Origin: a virus
Taxonomy: Duplodnaviria; Caudoviricetes
Virus record (IMG/VR): IMGVR_UViG_3300042090_001530
Location: 128,001 to 192,000 of that record
Strand: one strand, 5' to 3'
DNA length: 64,000 nt
Within the stretch, counting starts at the first letter, position 1. The number at the start of each line of letters is the position of its first letter. Made by a program: the position numbers and the translations under genes. A model generated the notes under the pieces. It saw only the letters and a list, made by a program, of their open reading frames with translations, made no database searches and was not told the origin of the DNA. Shown piece after piece: positions 31,506 through 44,011 of the stretch.

Positions 31506-34077
31506 GGCGCTTCCTCGTCCGGTACTGGGACCGCCTTGTACGTGTCCACGAGTTCGCGGCCGTGCCGGTTGCACACCAGAGTTTCGGCGCCGACGCCCCC
31601 GAACGTGCCGTCGGGCGTCACGGCTGCGACGATGACGGTCGTCTCGGCGGGGTCTACGCACTGGGCGAGCTTGCCGCTGGCCGGGTTCTGGGCGTGGAAG
31701 CCGCACTGCGGCGCAGCCTCATCGGTCTCGGGCGTCCGCGTTTCTTCGTCGACCACTTCGTCTCCTTCGACGGGTAGGCGCCGCGAGGACTCGGCGAGCG
31801 CCTTGAAGAAGACGGCCACGGCTGCGGGTGCGTCGCTCATGCTGATCCCGCTGTCGGCCCAGAGTTTGAGGCCGTCGGTCGTAATGTCGCTGGCCCGGAT
31901 GCCGCCGAGGTTGATGCCATCCACGGTCAGTCTCCTTCGGTTGCGAGGACGAGCTTGACGATCAGTGTGAGGTCGTCTTTCTCGACGTAGAGGAGTCGCC
32001 CGGCGCATGGGCCGTACGACGCGGGAAAGTCGAGTTGGACGTAGTGACGGAGGTAGCCGGCCATCTGGTTCGTGGTGTCCCAGTCGACGTTGTGGGCCGG
32101 GAGTTCGACGTGGCGGAAGGGTGGCCGGTCGGGGGCTTCGTCGGGGCCTATGGGCACCCCGGTGGCTTCGATGCGCAGGGTGCCGTCGGGCTCGAGGTGG
32201 AAGACGGCGGACACGTCGACCATCAGCCGTCCGCTTCGGTTGCGAGCGCAAGGATCCCGGCGCCCAACTGCTGGGCCTCGTCGGCCGTCATGCCGGGCGA
32301 CGTGGTGAGCCGGTCGACGGCGAGCCGGTGGACGGTCTCGGGGTCGTATTCGCGGAGGCGGTACTCGCCATCGCGGCGACGCTGCATGGTCAGGCCTCCT
32401 TTACGACATGTCCGCGGGCGTGGATTTTGGCGTGGTTGCGCATCGTCCGCTCGTTGCCGGGATGTCCACAGGTGGGGCAGCGCGTCCATGCGCCGCTCTG
32501 GACGGCCGCGTTGACGACCGAGGCGTTGGGGCCGTATCCGTTCTCGGCGAGTAGGCGTGCGACGGTGCCTTCGTATTTGAGGGCGAGGAGCGCGCCCTCG
32601 GCGATCTTGTCGTGTCCGGAGGCGAAGAAGTTGCCGGGGGTGACGGCTGTTCCGCAGCCGCACCAGCAGTATTCGATGTCGCGGAGGGAGTTCGGGCTCA
32701 TGGCCATCAAGGTATCAGACCCTGGGTTGCACGCAAGGTGCCTTTCCAAGGTCTCTCGAAGTTCGCGGGTCGGCACCAACCGGCGCGGCAACCTGGTCAC
32801 TCGCCATTTTTGCCCACGAGCCCGAGCCGTATCGCGACCGGGTCCTGATCGAGCGGCGGCAGTTCGGGCCCACGGTCGGCCAGCGCGCGGAGAGTGCGGA
32901 TGGTCGCGAACTGGCCTTCGACCTTCGCGCGGCAGCCGTCGGGCAGCGACGACAGGTCCGGTTCGGCACCTTGCCCGCGCAGGTGCCGCAGGTACTGCTC
33001 GGTGAGGTCGTCGAGTTCTTCCGCCCGCAGCTCGCCGGTCGAGTCCTCACCGTGCCCGGCCGCGTCGAGCAGCATCGTGCCGAGGATCTCGGCATCGTCC
33101 CGGTCGAGCTCGAGATCCGCCGCGTCGATGCCGAGCAGGTTCAGGTGGACGAGGATCCCGCCCCCGGTCCAGGTTACCGATTCGCCCCACTGGAATGTCC
33201 GCGCACCGCCGGCTTCGGGCTCGTCCTGGACGGCCTGGGCAACCGTCTCGTCGGCAGCCTGCCAGGCGGCGGCCCATCCGGCCGCGGGGGCGCTTTCGTC
33301 AAGCAGTGACCGCCGCAGACGCCCGTTGGTGGCCAGAACGGCCCGCAGCGTGGCGAGGAACGCCCAGGCGTCGGCCACCCCCCAGGCGGCGTCCTGGGCG
33401 GCCTCGGCCTGCCTGGACGCGGCCCGGGCGGCGTCCCCGTGGGCCTCATGCCAAATCTCCACGTCGGCGGTGGCCGCGTCGAGCATCCGGAGCAGTGTGC
33501 GCCGGTCCGCCTCGGACTGCGTCATCGTCACGCCCGCATGCCCGTAGCCGCGGGCCTTATCCCGGGCGCGGATCTCCTCGAGGCGGCTCGCGTCTTCCGC
33601 GGTCACTCGGCGCCGTCTTCCGTATCCTCACGCCGCGTGACGGTCTCGTCGAGACGCCGGAACGCCTCGCGGGCGGGCTCGTTCGGGACGGGCGGCTCGT
33701 CGAGGCTCGAGATCAGCCCGTCGAACGCCGGGTTCGGCAGGGTGGTCACAGTGTCGGCCACGTCGATGTGCGCGTCGAACATGTGCCGTTGGATCGTGTT
33801 CCACACCTCGAGCATGTCGGAGCCGCCGGCCATCACGTCGGTCGACCAGTCGCATCCGTCGGCTTCGTGTTCGATGCGCGCCGGGCCGTCGGTGTAGATC
33901 TCGAACTGGCCGAGCCACGCGCCTGCGTCGATTTTTGCGCCCGCGATCATGTGGGTCCTTACCTGGCAGTGACCGGTCGAGCCCAAAGCGTGCAATGGCT
34001 GACGGGCTGATTTTACGGCCGCTGTGGGCGCTGGCGGATACGCTTCGCGGGAGAGTCACTACATCCGGAGGAGAATC

Positions 34078-34242
34078 ATGAGCGACACCCTCCCCAGCGA
34101 GATTGACTCGGCCACGTCGATCCCGGATATCCGCGAGCAGACGCTCGGGGATGTCGCCCCGGCCGCTCTCTCGATCCTGCGGCGGGTGTTGAAGAAGACT
34201 GGTGCCACGGTCCCGGTCGCGGCGTTCCAGTCCAGCATCTAG
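34078..34242 (+). CDS. FxSxx-COOH RiPP precursor-like peptide (54 aa)
   Basis: GGAGGAG RBS; leader IPDIREQTLGDV; C-terminus VPVAAFQSSI-stop. Confidence 0.8.
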   Translation: MSDTLPSEIDSATSIPDIREQTLGDVAPAALSILRRVLKKTGATVPVAAFQSSI

Positions 34243-34562
34243 GCGGCACTCGCCGCAGGCCGACCGGCCCGGAGTTGGGCCCGAGCGGCCTCGGTGAGCG
34301 CCCGGTCCGCGTCGGCACGGGATGGCTGCGTGCGCCACCAGGCGTGGGCCTGGATGAGTCGGCCGACGCCGATGCACTCCTGGTATGCGTCGTACGCCCG
34401 CTGCGCCTGTTCGTCGGCGGCCGGGCTGAGCCCGTCTTTCAGGAGCGCGGCGATCTGCTGGCCGGTCGGGAAGACGCGGCGGATCTCGCGGTACTGCGCG
34501 TCCGCCTCGAGGTAGCGGGCCTTGAGGCGGATTAGGTCGTCGGGGGGCGTGGTGGTGGGCAC
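34239..34562 (-). CDS. Helical hypothetical protein
   Basis: PDDLIRLKARY...HAWW...ALTEAAR; converges on the FxSxx gene. Confidence 0.55.
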   Translation of the reverse strand: MPTTTPPDDLIRLKARYLEADAQYREIRRVFPTGQQIAALLKDGLSPAADEQAQRAYDAYQECIGVGRLIQAHAWWRTQPSRADADRALTEAARAQLRAGRPAASAA

Positions 34563-35660
34563 GCGAACTCCAGGGAAGTGGGTGGGGGCTTGAGGGTGCT
34601 CCCATCCTGCCGCAGACCACTGACAGATCCCTTAGTCGATCTCGCGCCAGGCCTCGACTCCGCGCGCGAGCAGCACTTTCACGTATCCGGCGACTTCGAA
34701 CGGTTCGCCGACCGCCTGACGGGCTGTCGTCTCGCCGACGATCGGTCCCTTGCGGCCTGGTGTGCCATCCGGTTGACGCACTCCCCAAGTCCACTCGGTT
34801 TTGGCGTCGCCCCACTCGCTGGGTTCGGGCGGCACTTGGTTGAACATCCCGATCACGAGCCATGCGACCTGATCGGCGAGGTAGTCGCGCACCGCGGGTC
34901 CGACCTTCGGTTTGCGCTGACCACGCGGGATCTGCTGCTCGTCGCGCAGGAACCCGAGCGAACGGTCGATCTCGGTGAGGATCGCCGCGTGCAGAACGCC
35001 GTGCAGCGGCGGCCAGGCAGGCTCGGTCTCGGTCAAGGCGTCGGCCGACCCCTCTTCGGGCGCGGTGGCAGGGCGACCGGGACCGGCAGCATCGTGACGT
35101 CGTCCGGTCCGACGCAGTCCGCATGCACGACTACGAGCGACTGCCAGTCGGTGTCGCGCCCGCAGGAGTATGAGTGGGTAATGCCGTCGGCCACGAACTC
35201 GATCGGGTCACCGGCGCGCAGGGGAACGTCGCAGGCGCGGCACGGGTGGCCGTCGAACCGGTGGGCCGCCAGGATCGCGGGCTCGTAGCCGTCGGGCACT
35301 GCGGCGATCCGGTCGTGACAGTCCGGCTTCGGGGGACGCGGCATGCCGATCAGTCTTTCACGACGCTGTCGGCGTCTACGGGCGTGAAGGTGACGTGCCG
35401 CCAGTCGGGGGACTCGTCGCCGAGCACGACGGTGAACTTGTTTCTCATCGCGATCAGGTCGATTTGCGGCAGGATCTCGACCTTGACGTACCGGGCGCGC
35501 GGCGTGGCTCCGAGTTCGTGGCAGGTGCGCAGTTCCGCGTCGAGCGCGCCGCAGTCCCAGCCGCACGCGAACGACAGGTCGTCGAGTTCGCCGCCGGCGC
35601 TTTTGACGATGACGAACGGCATGACGAGGCCCCAGTTGGCGTCTTCGGTGCTGTCGTCGG

Positions 35661-35981
35661 TCACCGCTTGGGCTCCTTGGCTGCTGCGCGCTGCTTGAGG
35701 ACGTCGGCGCGGGGCTGCCCGGCCGGGACGAGCGTCACCTCGAGTTCGAACCCGGCGGCGTGCAGCCAGTCGCCGAGTTCGTCGATCCGGATGTCCGCGC
35801 GTTCGGTGGAGACCCGGCGCAGGCGACGCTTGGACAGGCCGGTACGCCGCCGGAACTCGTCCTCGCCGCCGCAGGCCTCCACGGCTCCCCAGAGCGCTTC
35901 GAGGAGCTTGGTTCGCAGCCGGGCCTTCGCAAGCCCCCGTGCGCCCTCTGGCGTGGCGGCGAGCCGTTCGTACAGCATCAT
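35661..35981 (-). CDS. XRE-like HTH protein
   Basis: EFRRRTGLSKRRLRRV...IDELGDWLHAAGFELEVTL. Confidence 0.55.
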   Translation of the reverse strand: MMLYERLAATPEGARGLAKARLRTKLLEALWGAVEACGGEDEFRRRTGLSKRRLRRVSTERADIRIDELGDWLHAAGFELEVTLVPAGQPRADVLKQRAAAKEPKR

Positions 35982-38900
35982 GCGTCGCTCCGCTCTTCGT
36001 CGGGCCAGAGCTTGCGCGCGGCGCGGCCGCCGAGCAGCCCGAGGCCGACCATGAGGGCTCCGGCCGTGATGCTCATCATCCAGTCGGGGCTGAGCCCGGG
36101 GACGCGGATCCATTTTGCTGCGATCGCACCGGCGATCGTGGCCGCGAAGCTGGCGAGGGTCGCGTACAGGAGCGCGAGCGGCCCCCGGTGGGCTCTGCCG
36201 ATGGTCATGGCGCGGCGTCCTCAGGGATGGTGGACGGTCGACCGACGAGCTTCGGGACCGGCTGGTCGAGGTAGATCGCCTGTCCGCCGGTATGCCACAC
36301 TCCGAAGCGGCAGTCGCCTTCATGCCCGCGGGCGAGTTTGCAGCGCGCGGGCAACTGGGGCGAGTACCGGATCTTGCAACGCTTCCGGCCCGGGATCCGG
36401 GCGGGACCGGGATGGGCATAAGCGGTCACGGCGCCCCCCAGGCGGACTCACGCTCCGGGCCTGCCGCGCAGAACAGTGCGTGCACGGTGTTGTTCATGCC
36501 TTCCTTCTCGCGCATGTCCTTGACCCACCGGTTCATCGGCCGCATGCCGCGTTTGCGTGCGCAGAACAGGATGCCGAGCCACATCTCCTCGTACTGCCCG
36601 GCAGCGCGCAGGTCGGAGAGGCATTCGCGCAGCAGCGGGAGATCGCGGGGTTCGATGGTCTCGGCGTCGGCGCATCCCCAGGCGAACGTATCGCTGCACG
36701 CCATGGAGAACGTGACGCGGCCGTCAGCGACGTGCCACAGGAACGGGCACTCCTGGTAGATGAGATCGGCGTCGCGGGTGATCGCGAGCAGGTCGAGGAT
36801 GAACTGCAGGTGCTCTGCGTCTGTGACGGCGAGCGCGTCGGTCACCATTCCTCCTTCTAGTGCTCGATGGCGCGCGGCCGGAGGAACTCGACTTCGTCTT
36901 CGACAGCGTCGAGCCGGTCCAGGGCCGCGATCAGGTCGGTGATGGTGAGGGTCGCTCCGGCGCGCAGGTGGCAGATGACCCGGTCGCCAACGTGCCACGC
37001 GTTTGTGAAGGCGCGGACGCGTGCGACTGCGGCGTTGGCGTCGGCTTCACGGGCGGCGTGCGCGGCGAGGATCTCCGCATGGGTCTTGCGCGGCGTCTCA
37101 CTGTCCATCGTCGCCCTCCGGTTCCCAGTCGATGCGGGCGTCGTACTCCCAGCCCATGTCGGTCCAGGTCTTCGACGGCCAGTAGTACCCGAGATAGGCG
37201 CCGGGCTCTTTCGGCCGGTCGTCCACGCCGCCGGTGCCCTCATAGTCGTCGAACGGGCAGTGTTGGCCGTACTTCAACTGGTCGCAGGCCTCGGTGTGCT
37301 CGAGCTGGAACCAGGGGATACCGCTGGCCGTGAGGCCCACGGTCAGCCGGTGCGGCGCCTGCTCGGCGCCTGCGTCGGCGGCCGCAGCGAACCGACCGAC
37401 GGCCTTAACTCCGGTCGCGAGCGTCCCTTGGACGCGGCCGTCGGGTCCGATCGCCAGTTCATGGCGGACGCCGCTATCGACCTCAGTGAACACGAGGTGG
37501 CCTTGGGTGCTGCGGATGCCGCAGAGATCGTCGACAAACGCCTGGTGCTCGCCGGCGGGGACCGGCTCGGCAGCGAGTTCGGTAAGGGTCTCGTCCTCAG
37601 CCACGCCCGCCCGCTCCCGCCTTCGTCACGATCAGCTTGCTGCGCCCCGGGTCGCCGTCCGCAGTCTCCCGCACCACGGTCTCCACGTGGTAGCCGAGGT
37701 TCGTCAGCGTCCGCCCGTAGTCCGCGAGATGCCGAGCCTCGGCGTCCAGTTGCGCCCGGCTGTACAGGCCCTCGCAGGACACGACCACGTCGTCCCCAGC
37801 CTGTCCAGCGCGATATCCGACCGTCCAGCCGTCGTGGTTGTCATGGTTCCATGCGGCGCGCTGGTGCCCGGCGTCGGCGAGTTGTCTCGAGACCTGCGGG
37901 GCCCAGGTCTTGGCGCGCATCAGACTTCGCCCCGTGCGACTTTCGTCGTTCCTCGCCGCATGGCTTCCTTGTCCTCGCTGGGCTTGCCGGGCTTGAGCCC
38001 GAGCTTGCGCATCTCGATGTCCGCGCCCCATGCAATGGCCTCCGGGTCGGCGACGTCCACGTTGAGTTGCACCGGATTGTCGCAGCGGCCGTGCCCGTCG
38101 CAGCGCCCGGTCCAGATCCGGCCGCCGCCGCTGTGCCAGGTGCCGGTTTCCGTGCCGTCCGCGGCGGTGACGTTGACGACGCCAACGTCGTCGTGGTCGT
38201 CCACGTGCCAGCCTTCATCCTCGAGGTAGCGGGCGATGACGGCGGTGAAGCCGTCTGGGAGTTCATCCCACTCGGCCGGGTCGCCGTGGTCGCTACTGGC
38301 GGGTTCGGTTATGGTCACAGGTGCCCTCCTCGGGGCCGATTGGTTGCGTGATGCCACTCGCCGTCCGCGCGGCCCGGCTGATTCGCCAGCCGGGCCGCGC
38401 GCATCTCCGCCATCATGCCGTCGGGGTCGGACACTTCAGCGGTCGGCCGCCTCGGCGGCAGCCTGTTCGCAGCTGGCGAGCGCACGGAGCAGCGCGCCGT
38501 AGGCGTATTCGACGTGGACGCCACTGGCCTGTGCGATCTTCTGCGCGGCCTTGAAGAGCACGTCCGACGCCTCGTCGGTGAGGGTAACGCTCGGCGCCGC
38601 AGTGTACGTGATCTCGACGTGCCTGGACGGCGGGTGAAGCCAGTTCGCGCCGGGCGGGGCGGGATTGGCCGCGCACCAGGCGTCGATCGCGTCACTGGCC
38701 GCGCGGGCAGCGTTGTCCTGACTCGTCACGCGCCATCACCGCTCGCGCCGGGCGCCTGGTCGAGGGCCACGATGTCGGGATGGGTCGCCATCTCATCCCA
38801 GGTGGCGTAGAGGCCGAACGCACGGGGTGCGTCCTTCGGTCAGCTCGGCGTGCACGTACCGGCCTTCGTCGCGCCCGGTCTGGAGCAGCCCGCGCTTCAT

Positions 38901-41114
38901 GAGCGAGATTACGGTGGTCGAGCAGCCGCGCAAACGCCCGCCACCACCTTGCTGCGGCCCGTACCAGTCGTTGCTCGCGAACGTCCGCCAGACTTCGCCT
39001 TTGGCAGCGGCGCGCAGGATCGTCCACTGGGCGCCGGTCATGGCCCGGCGCCGGACGGCTTGGTCAATGTCGGTCAAAGCTGGCCCTCCAGTCCGCGCGC
39101 GACCGCTTCCATCATCTCGTCAACCATCTCCCATGGCAGTACGTCTTCGCGTTCGCCGTCGTCGGACTTGGCCCAGGCGTACAACCGCATCGCCCCGGTC
39201 GGGGTGATCTCCAGTGTGGCGTCGCGGTCGATCCGGTCCCATTCGAGCTGCACGCCGCCGCCCGGTGTCGGGTATGCGGCCGGGTCGGGTCCGGGGATCT
39301 GTCGGTGAGTCAGGGCAGTGAGCACACGTCGGGCGTGGTTGACGACCTGCTCGGCCACGCGACTGCCATCCCCGTCGAGCCAGCCGTCCTCGAGTTGAGC
39401 GATCTCGTCGAGGCGCTGCTGCCACGGGGAGAGTTGGACGAGCACGCGCAGGCATTCCGGGCACGAGACGGGCTTCGCGGCGCGGTGCGGGTAGCCGTCG
39501 CGGCGGATCGCGTCGTCGCCGACCCAGCGTCCGCACGCTGTCGCCCGGCTGACCTGCCAGCCGAGGGAGCGTGCCGCGTGCACGATCCGTCGGTCGCCGG
39601 GCCAGCAGCACGACAGGCGCAGTCCGTAGTCTCTGGCGCGGTCGGCTAGCGGGGGAGGCTCGGTCGTTCTCATGCGTCGCCCGCCCTCCATACGGTGCAA
39701 ACCTTGGTCGTGAGCGTGCCGCTGCCGTCGGGATTGGCAAGGTGCCCGTTGGGCAGTCGGACGCCGATCTGGACCAGTTTCCCGCCGCAGTCGACGCACT
39801 TCCAGATGTCCTTGTTGCCGGTAGATCTGGTGCAGACGATCTCGCGGTGCGTGTCGAACGGCTCCAGGTCGACGAGTGTGTCCGCCGTGGCTGCGCCCGT
39901 AGGAACCTGGTCGCCGGCCGTTGCCGGATCGCCGGTGCACCAAGGGCCGACCGCGCGCCAGACCGCGTCGATCTCGGAGCCGTCGTCGACCATGACCCCG
40001 GCGAGCATCATGCCGCGATTGCTGGCGGTGTCTTCTTCGGCCTTGGCTTCGGCCGATTCGCGACTCGAGTGCGTCCACCGTGAAAGCACGGTGCCGTCTT
40101 CGCCGCCGCGGACGCGGGTCGTCCACTCGATGTGGCTCTCGTCGGCGCCGAGCCAAGCGCCTTCTTCGATCTCGGGCATCAGAACTTCCACCAGCCTTCA
40201 TGCGAGTCGGGGCAAGCCGGATAGTTTTCCACCATGGGCCGCAGCAGCTCGAGGTGCTGCGTGATCTCGTCGGGATCCTGCGATCCCCAGTATCGTGCGC
40301 CGTCCCACCGTCCCTCGCAGTTGCCGCCGTACCGCCCATCATCGTGTTGGGCGAGGAACTTGGCAGCGGTCGTGGGTTCGGCGTCCTGGTAGTCCCACAG
40401 GTGCCCGATACACGCGACCGTGACGAGCGGGCCGCAGCTGGCACTGCGGCGTCGCCGGAACCAGACTGCGTTGATCCGGCCCCAGTAGTAGAACGTGCCG
40501 TCGCCGCGAGTGTTGGTCTTGGTGCGCAGACTGGTCATGTCGACTGCGTAGGGGTGGTGCGATAGCACGAACTTGTCCTCGCGCTTCACTGCGCACCACC
40601 GGGCGTGCAGATCACGCAGCGATGCCCGTCGTTGCCCTCGTGGCATCGGTCGATGCATCCTCGGCAGCATGCGCTGCCCGCGTGCCGACTGTGCTCGTCG
40701 CGCGGTTCGCCGGGGCTAGTGAACAGGCTGCCGCAGCGGGCGCACGCGTAACCGGGGAGACCGGGTGCCAGGGGCATCGGGTACGGGTATCTATGCCCGT
40801 CGTGTCCGGCCGGAAGCGAGCAGGGCTTGCAACCGAGTTCGATGCCGAGCGCGTCGGGTTCGGCGCTGCATGCGGGCTGTTCGCCGTCCCACGTGTAGCT
40901 GACGCGCACCGCCTTGATCTGCTCGATCGCGGCCCTGATCAACTCGTCGTCGACCTGGTCCGGGTCGAGGGTGCCGCAAGCCTCGATCTGCACAGCGTCT
41001 TCCACGTGCCGTTTGTCGAGGGTGCGCAGCAGGACGCGGTGCTCGTTGGTGAGGTATCGGCGTGCCGCGTCGCGGGCGACCTTGGCACGTTCGACCTCAC
41101 TGATGCCGACTACC

Positions 41115-41399
41115 TCACCAGTCGTCATCGTCTTCTGTCCTCTCCTCCGGATGCTCGGTCTCCCATAGCGCCGTGGCTGCGAGCTGGTCAAGTCGGTCGG
41201 CTTCGTCAGCGGTGAAGGTGTTTTGTTCACGGGCGTAGGCGACGTATTCCATGGCGCGCCGGATCTTCGGGGCGTTAGAGCCCTTCCCGGCGAGGATCAT
41301 CAGTTTGTACTGCTCGTACAGTCGGGCAGGGCTCAGTGTGACGGTGGTGGATCTATCGCCAGCCGCCACGGTCACGGGAATCCGGTCAGGCATCGTCAT
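41115..41399 (-). CDS. Hypothetical protein, paralog of 56681..56959
   Basis: AGDRSTTVTLSPARLYEQY...KIRR...TFT...DRLDQLA...HPEE. Confidence 0.65.
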   Translation of the reverse strand: MTMPDRIPVTVAAGDRSTTVTLSPARLYEQYKLMILAGKGSNAPKIRRAMEYVAYAREQNTFTADEADRLDQLAATALWETEHPEERTEDDDDW

Positions 41400-41963
41400 C
41401 CTTTGCTTCGTGGCCCTTCGGTTCAGCGCCGAGCCACTCGGGCAGCGCGTCAACCTTGACTACGCTGAGAACGATCTCGTCTGCGAGTTCGACGAGGGAA
41501 ATGGCGGGGTTGCTCCAGGGGATGCGGATCGCGCTGGGTGCGCGCCGGTAGGCGTAGGCAATGTCGCGCGCCTGGTCGCGCTGCGCCTCGGCGACGTCGG
41601 CCCGGATGGACTCGGCAGTGGCCTCCCCGCCCGCGTCCACGATCGCCTGCCGCAGCCGGCCGAGTTCGGCTTCGGCCGCATCGGCGCGCGCTCGCTGCTT
41701 GTCCAGCGCCTCGCATGCCCGGTCGTACGCGTCCTGGGTCGGTCGGTGGTGCCGGTAGTCGACGACGAGGATCTCCAGGTCGGCGCTGCTGATCGGGTAG
41801 CCCTCGTAGCTGACGTCTCGGATGCTTCCCCAGCCGGGCCGGTTGATGGCGTCGAATCGGAGCCACGCTTCGGCGCGGGTCGCGGCGGCTTCGAGTGCCT
41901 CCGGGTCGATCGGGTGGATGGGTTCGGTGATGCCGTTGCCGTAAGGCTTGGCGTGGCCGGTGG

Positions 41964-42557
41964 TCATGACTGGTCTCCGTCGTGGTTGATGTCGACTGTG
42001 GCGATGCCCATCGCCCGGTTGGCTTCGTCTTCGGTGCGCCAGTCGGTGTAGTCGTAGCAGACGACCTCGTACACGCCGGCCGCCCCGTTCTTCGCCTGGA
42101 GGACCGCGACCCGCTTGCGTGCGTCGGTCTCGGACATCGGGATTCCGATATGGCCGCCGGGCCCGTTGGCGGCGGTGTGGCGGTAGGACCACATGCGGTC
42201 GCGGCCGACGAGTTCAGCGCGGAGTCGGGCGACCTCTTCGCGCAGATCGAGGTTGGCCGCGAAGAGTTCACTGGTGGACTCGTCCTTGTTGGCAACCAGT
42301 TCGGCCAGCCGGTCGATCTCGGCGAGCAGTGCCCCGATGTCGGCGTGGGCGTGCTCAAGGAGCGCGGCTTCGGTCGGCTCCGGCCAGTACTCGGCGTACG
42401 GCGTGGAGTGCTTCGGAGCTTTGAGGATCTGCAGTGCTCCGGCGTGCAGGCTCCACGAGTCCTCGGAGTCGTACGCGTACCACGGGCCGGTGATCGCCAT
42501 GCGGTGTCGGGTACGGATCTCGCCGAGAGCGTCGGGGTCGATCGAGTCTGCCATCAA
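41964..42557 (-). CDS. Ead/Ea22-like phage protein
   Basis: ITGPW...AALLEHAHADIGALLAEIDRL + coiled coil. Confidence 0.55.
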   Translation of the reverse strand: MMADSIDPDALGEIRTRHRMAITGPWYAYDSEDSWSLHAGALQILKAPKHSTPYAEYWPEPTEAALLEHAHADIGALLAEIDRLAELVANKDESTSELFAANLDLREEVARLRAELVGRDRMWSYRHTAANGPGGHIGIPMSETDARKRVAVLQAKNGAAGVYEVVCYDYTDWRTEDEANRAMGIATVDINHDGDQS

Positions 42558-42949
42558 ACGGCCTCTCGGGTCAGGCTGCCCATCTGGACGACAGCGAGGT
42601 CCAGCGACGCCTTAAGCCGCTCCACCTCGGCGACCAGCCAGGCCATGTCGTCGCGGGCGTGCAGGATGAACTGGGCGATGGCCGCCGCGTTCGGGTGGAC
42701 GTCGTGCGTGGCGTCGATGGCTGTGACGATCGTGCCGTCCTCGTCCCCGCCGCCGTCCTGGTCGGGCGCCCACTCGTCGTGGACTTCGGCGACGACGAAT
42801 TCGCCGTCTTCGGTGGCGGTCCAGATCTCGAAGCCTTCCGTCTGCTCCCACGCGTCGGGCCCGGAGGCGACGACGCGCGGTTCGAGGCGCCAGGGGTGGT
42901 TTCCCGCAGGGGTGCGTGCCGTGATCTCGGTGAGGCGGTCGGTGGTCAT
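42554..42949 (-). CDS. Ead/Ea22-like phage protein
   Basis: TPAGNHPW...AAAIAQFILHARDDMAWLVAEVERL. Confidence 0.55.
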   Translation of the reverse strand: MTTDRLTEITARTPAGNHPWRLEPRVVASGPDAWEQTEGFEIWTATEDGEFVVAEVHDEWAPDQDGGGDEDGTIVTAIDATHDVHPNAAAIAQFILHARDDMAWLVAEVERLKASLDLAVVQMGSLTREAV

Positions 42950-43222
42950 GGGCCATCTCCGTCGTAGTTGGTGCGCTGCGTGTCGTGGTGCTCGTGCGCC
43001 CGGAGGATCTTCCGCAGTGGCGCGGTGAACGGCCAGAACACGGCGATGAAAACCAGGATGGCGGCGGTCGCGAGTTCGGCAATGGGGTCTCGCCGCCAGT
43101 TGGGCGGCCCGAGTTTCGCGCGGACCCAGGTTGCCCACCGCTCGTACTCTAGGGCGATGATCACGCCGTTAGCGACACAGACGGCGTACCCGACCCAGTC
43201 CAGGCCGGCGAATGGGGGCATG

Positions 43223-44011
43223 TCAGCCTGCCGCCGAAGCGCCGACTAGGCCGGGCATGGGCGGGATCTGCTCGGCTAGGAACCCGGTCGGCTCGGCCGC
43301 GAACCGCGGTGCGGGCTCGACCTCCCACCAGGATCGCAGCGCGGTCGTCGTGCACTCCTGGTTGGTGCGCCGGTCCGTGTAGGTGACTTCGCGTTCGCCG
43401 CTGGCCTTGACCGCGACTTGCCCGCGCCTGCACTCGGCGGGGTAGTCGTTCCAGTTGACGCCGTGTTCGGTGAACAGCATCTCTTGCATCTGGTCGCCGC
43501 TGACGCCTTGCAGCCGCTTGTGGCTGATGTGCGCCTGTGCGGCCATGGAGATCGAGTTCCGGACCGCATCTCTCTGGCGCCAAAGGTAGTAGTTCGCGAC
43601 CTCGATGGTGTTCGGCAGTACGAACACGCGCGCGTCGAACAGCGGACGCCCCGGCCGGATCGAGCACAGCGTGGCGGTGGCGACAGCCGCTGAGATCGAC
43701 ACGATCTTCTGGACTTCGCCCGCGAACCACGGCTCGGTGTGCGTGCCTTCCCAGTCCTGCAGAAGGACGGAGATCTCATCCGACTGCTGGTAGGCGAACA
43801 CAGCGCCCTGCATCTCGGTGCACAGCGCCTTCATGACTTCGGCCATGTCGGCGATAAACTGCATGTCGAACGGCTTGTCGGCGCCGCGTAGGTGGCTGTG
43901 GAAAGCCCGGCCGTCAACGCGGCAGACGGCCGCCATGCGCCGCGGAAGCACGCTCTTCCATGGCGCCTCGTACGCCTTCATGCGGTCGCCGAGGGCCGTC
44001 GAGTCAGTCAT
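43223..44011 (-). CDS. thg1: tRNA(His) guanylyltransferase Thg1-like 3'-5' polymerase
   Basis: GDRMKAYE, RVDGRAFH, YQQSDEIS, FDARVF, YYLWRQRDAVRNSI, HGVNWNDYP. Confidence 0.92.
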   Translation of the reverse strand: MTDSTALGDRMKAYEAPWKSVLPRRMAAVCRVDGRAFHSHLRGADKPFDMQFIADMAEVMKALCTEMQGAVFAYQQSDEISVLLQDWEGTHTEPWFAGEVQKIVSISAAVATATLCSIRPGRPLFDARVFVLPNTIEVANYYLWRQRDAVRNSISMAAQAHISHKRLQGVSGDQMQEMLFTEHGVNWNDYPAECRRGQVAVKASGEREVTYTDRRTNQECTTTALRSWWEVEPAPRFAAEPTGFLAEQIPPMPGLVGASAAG

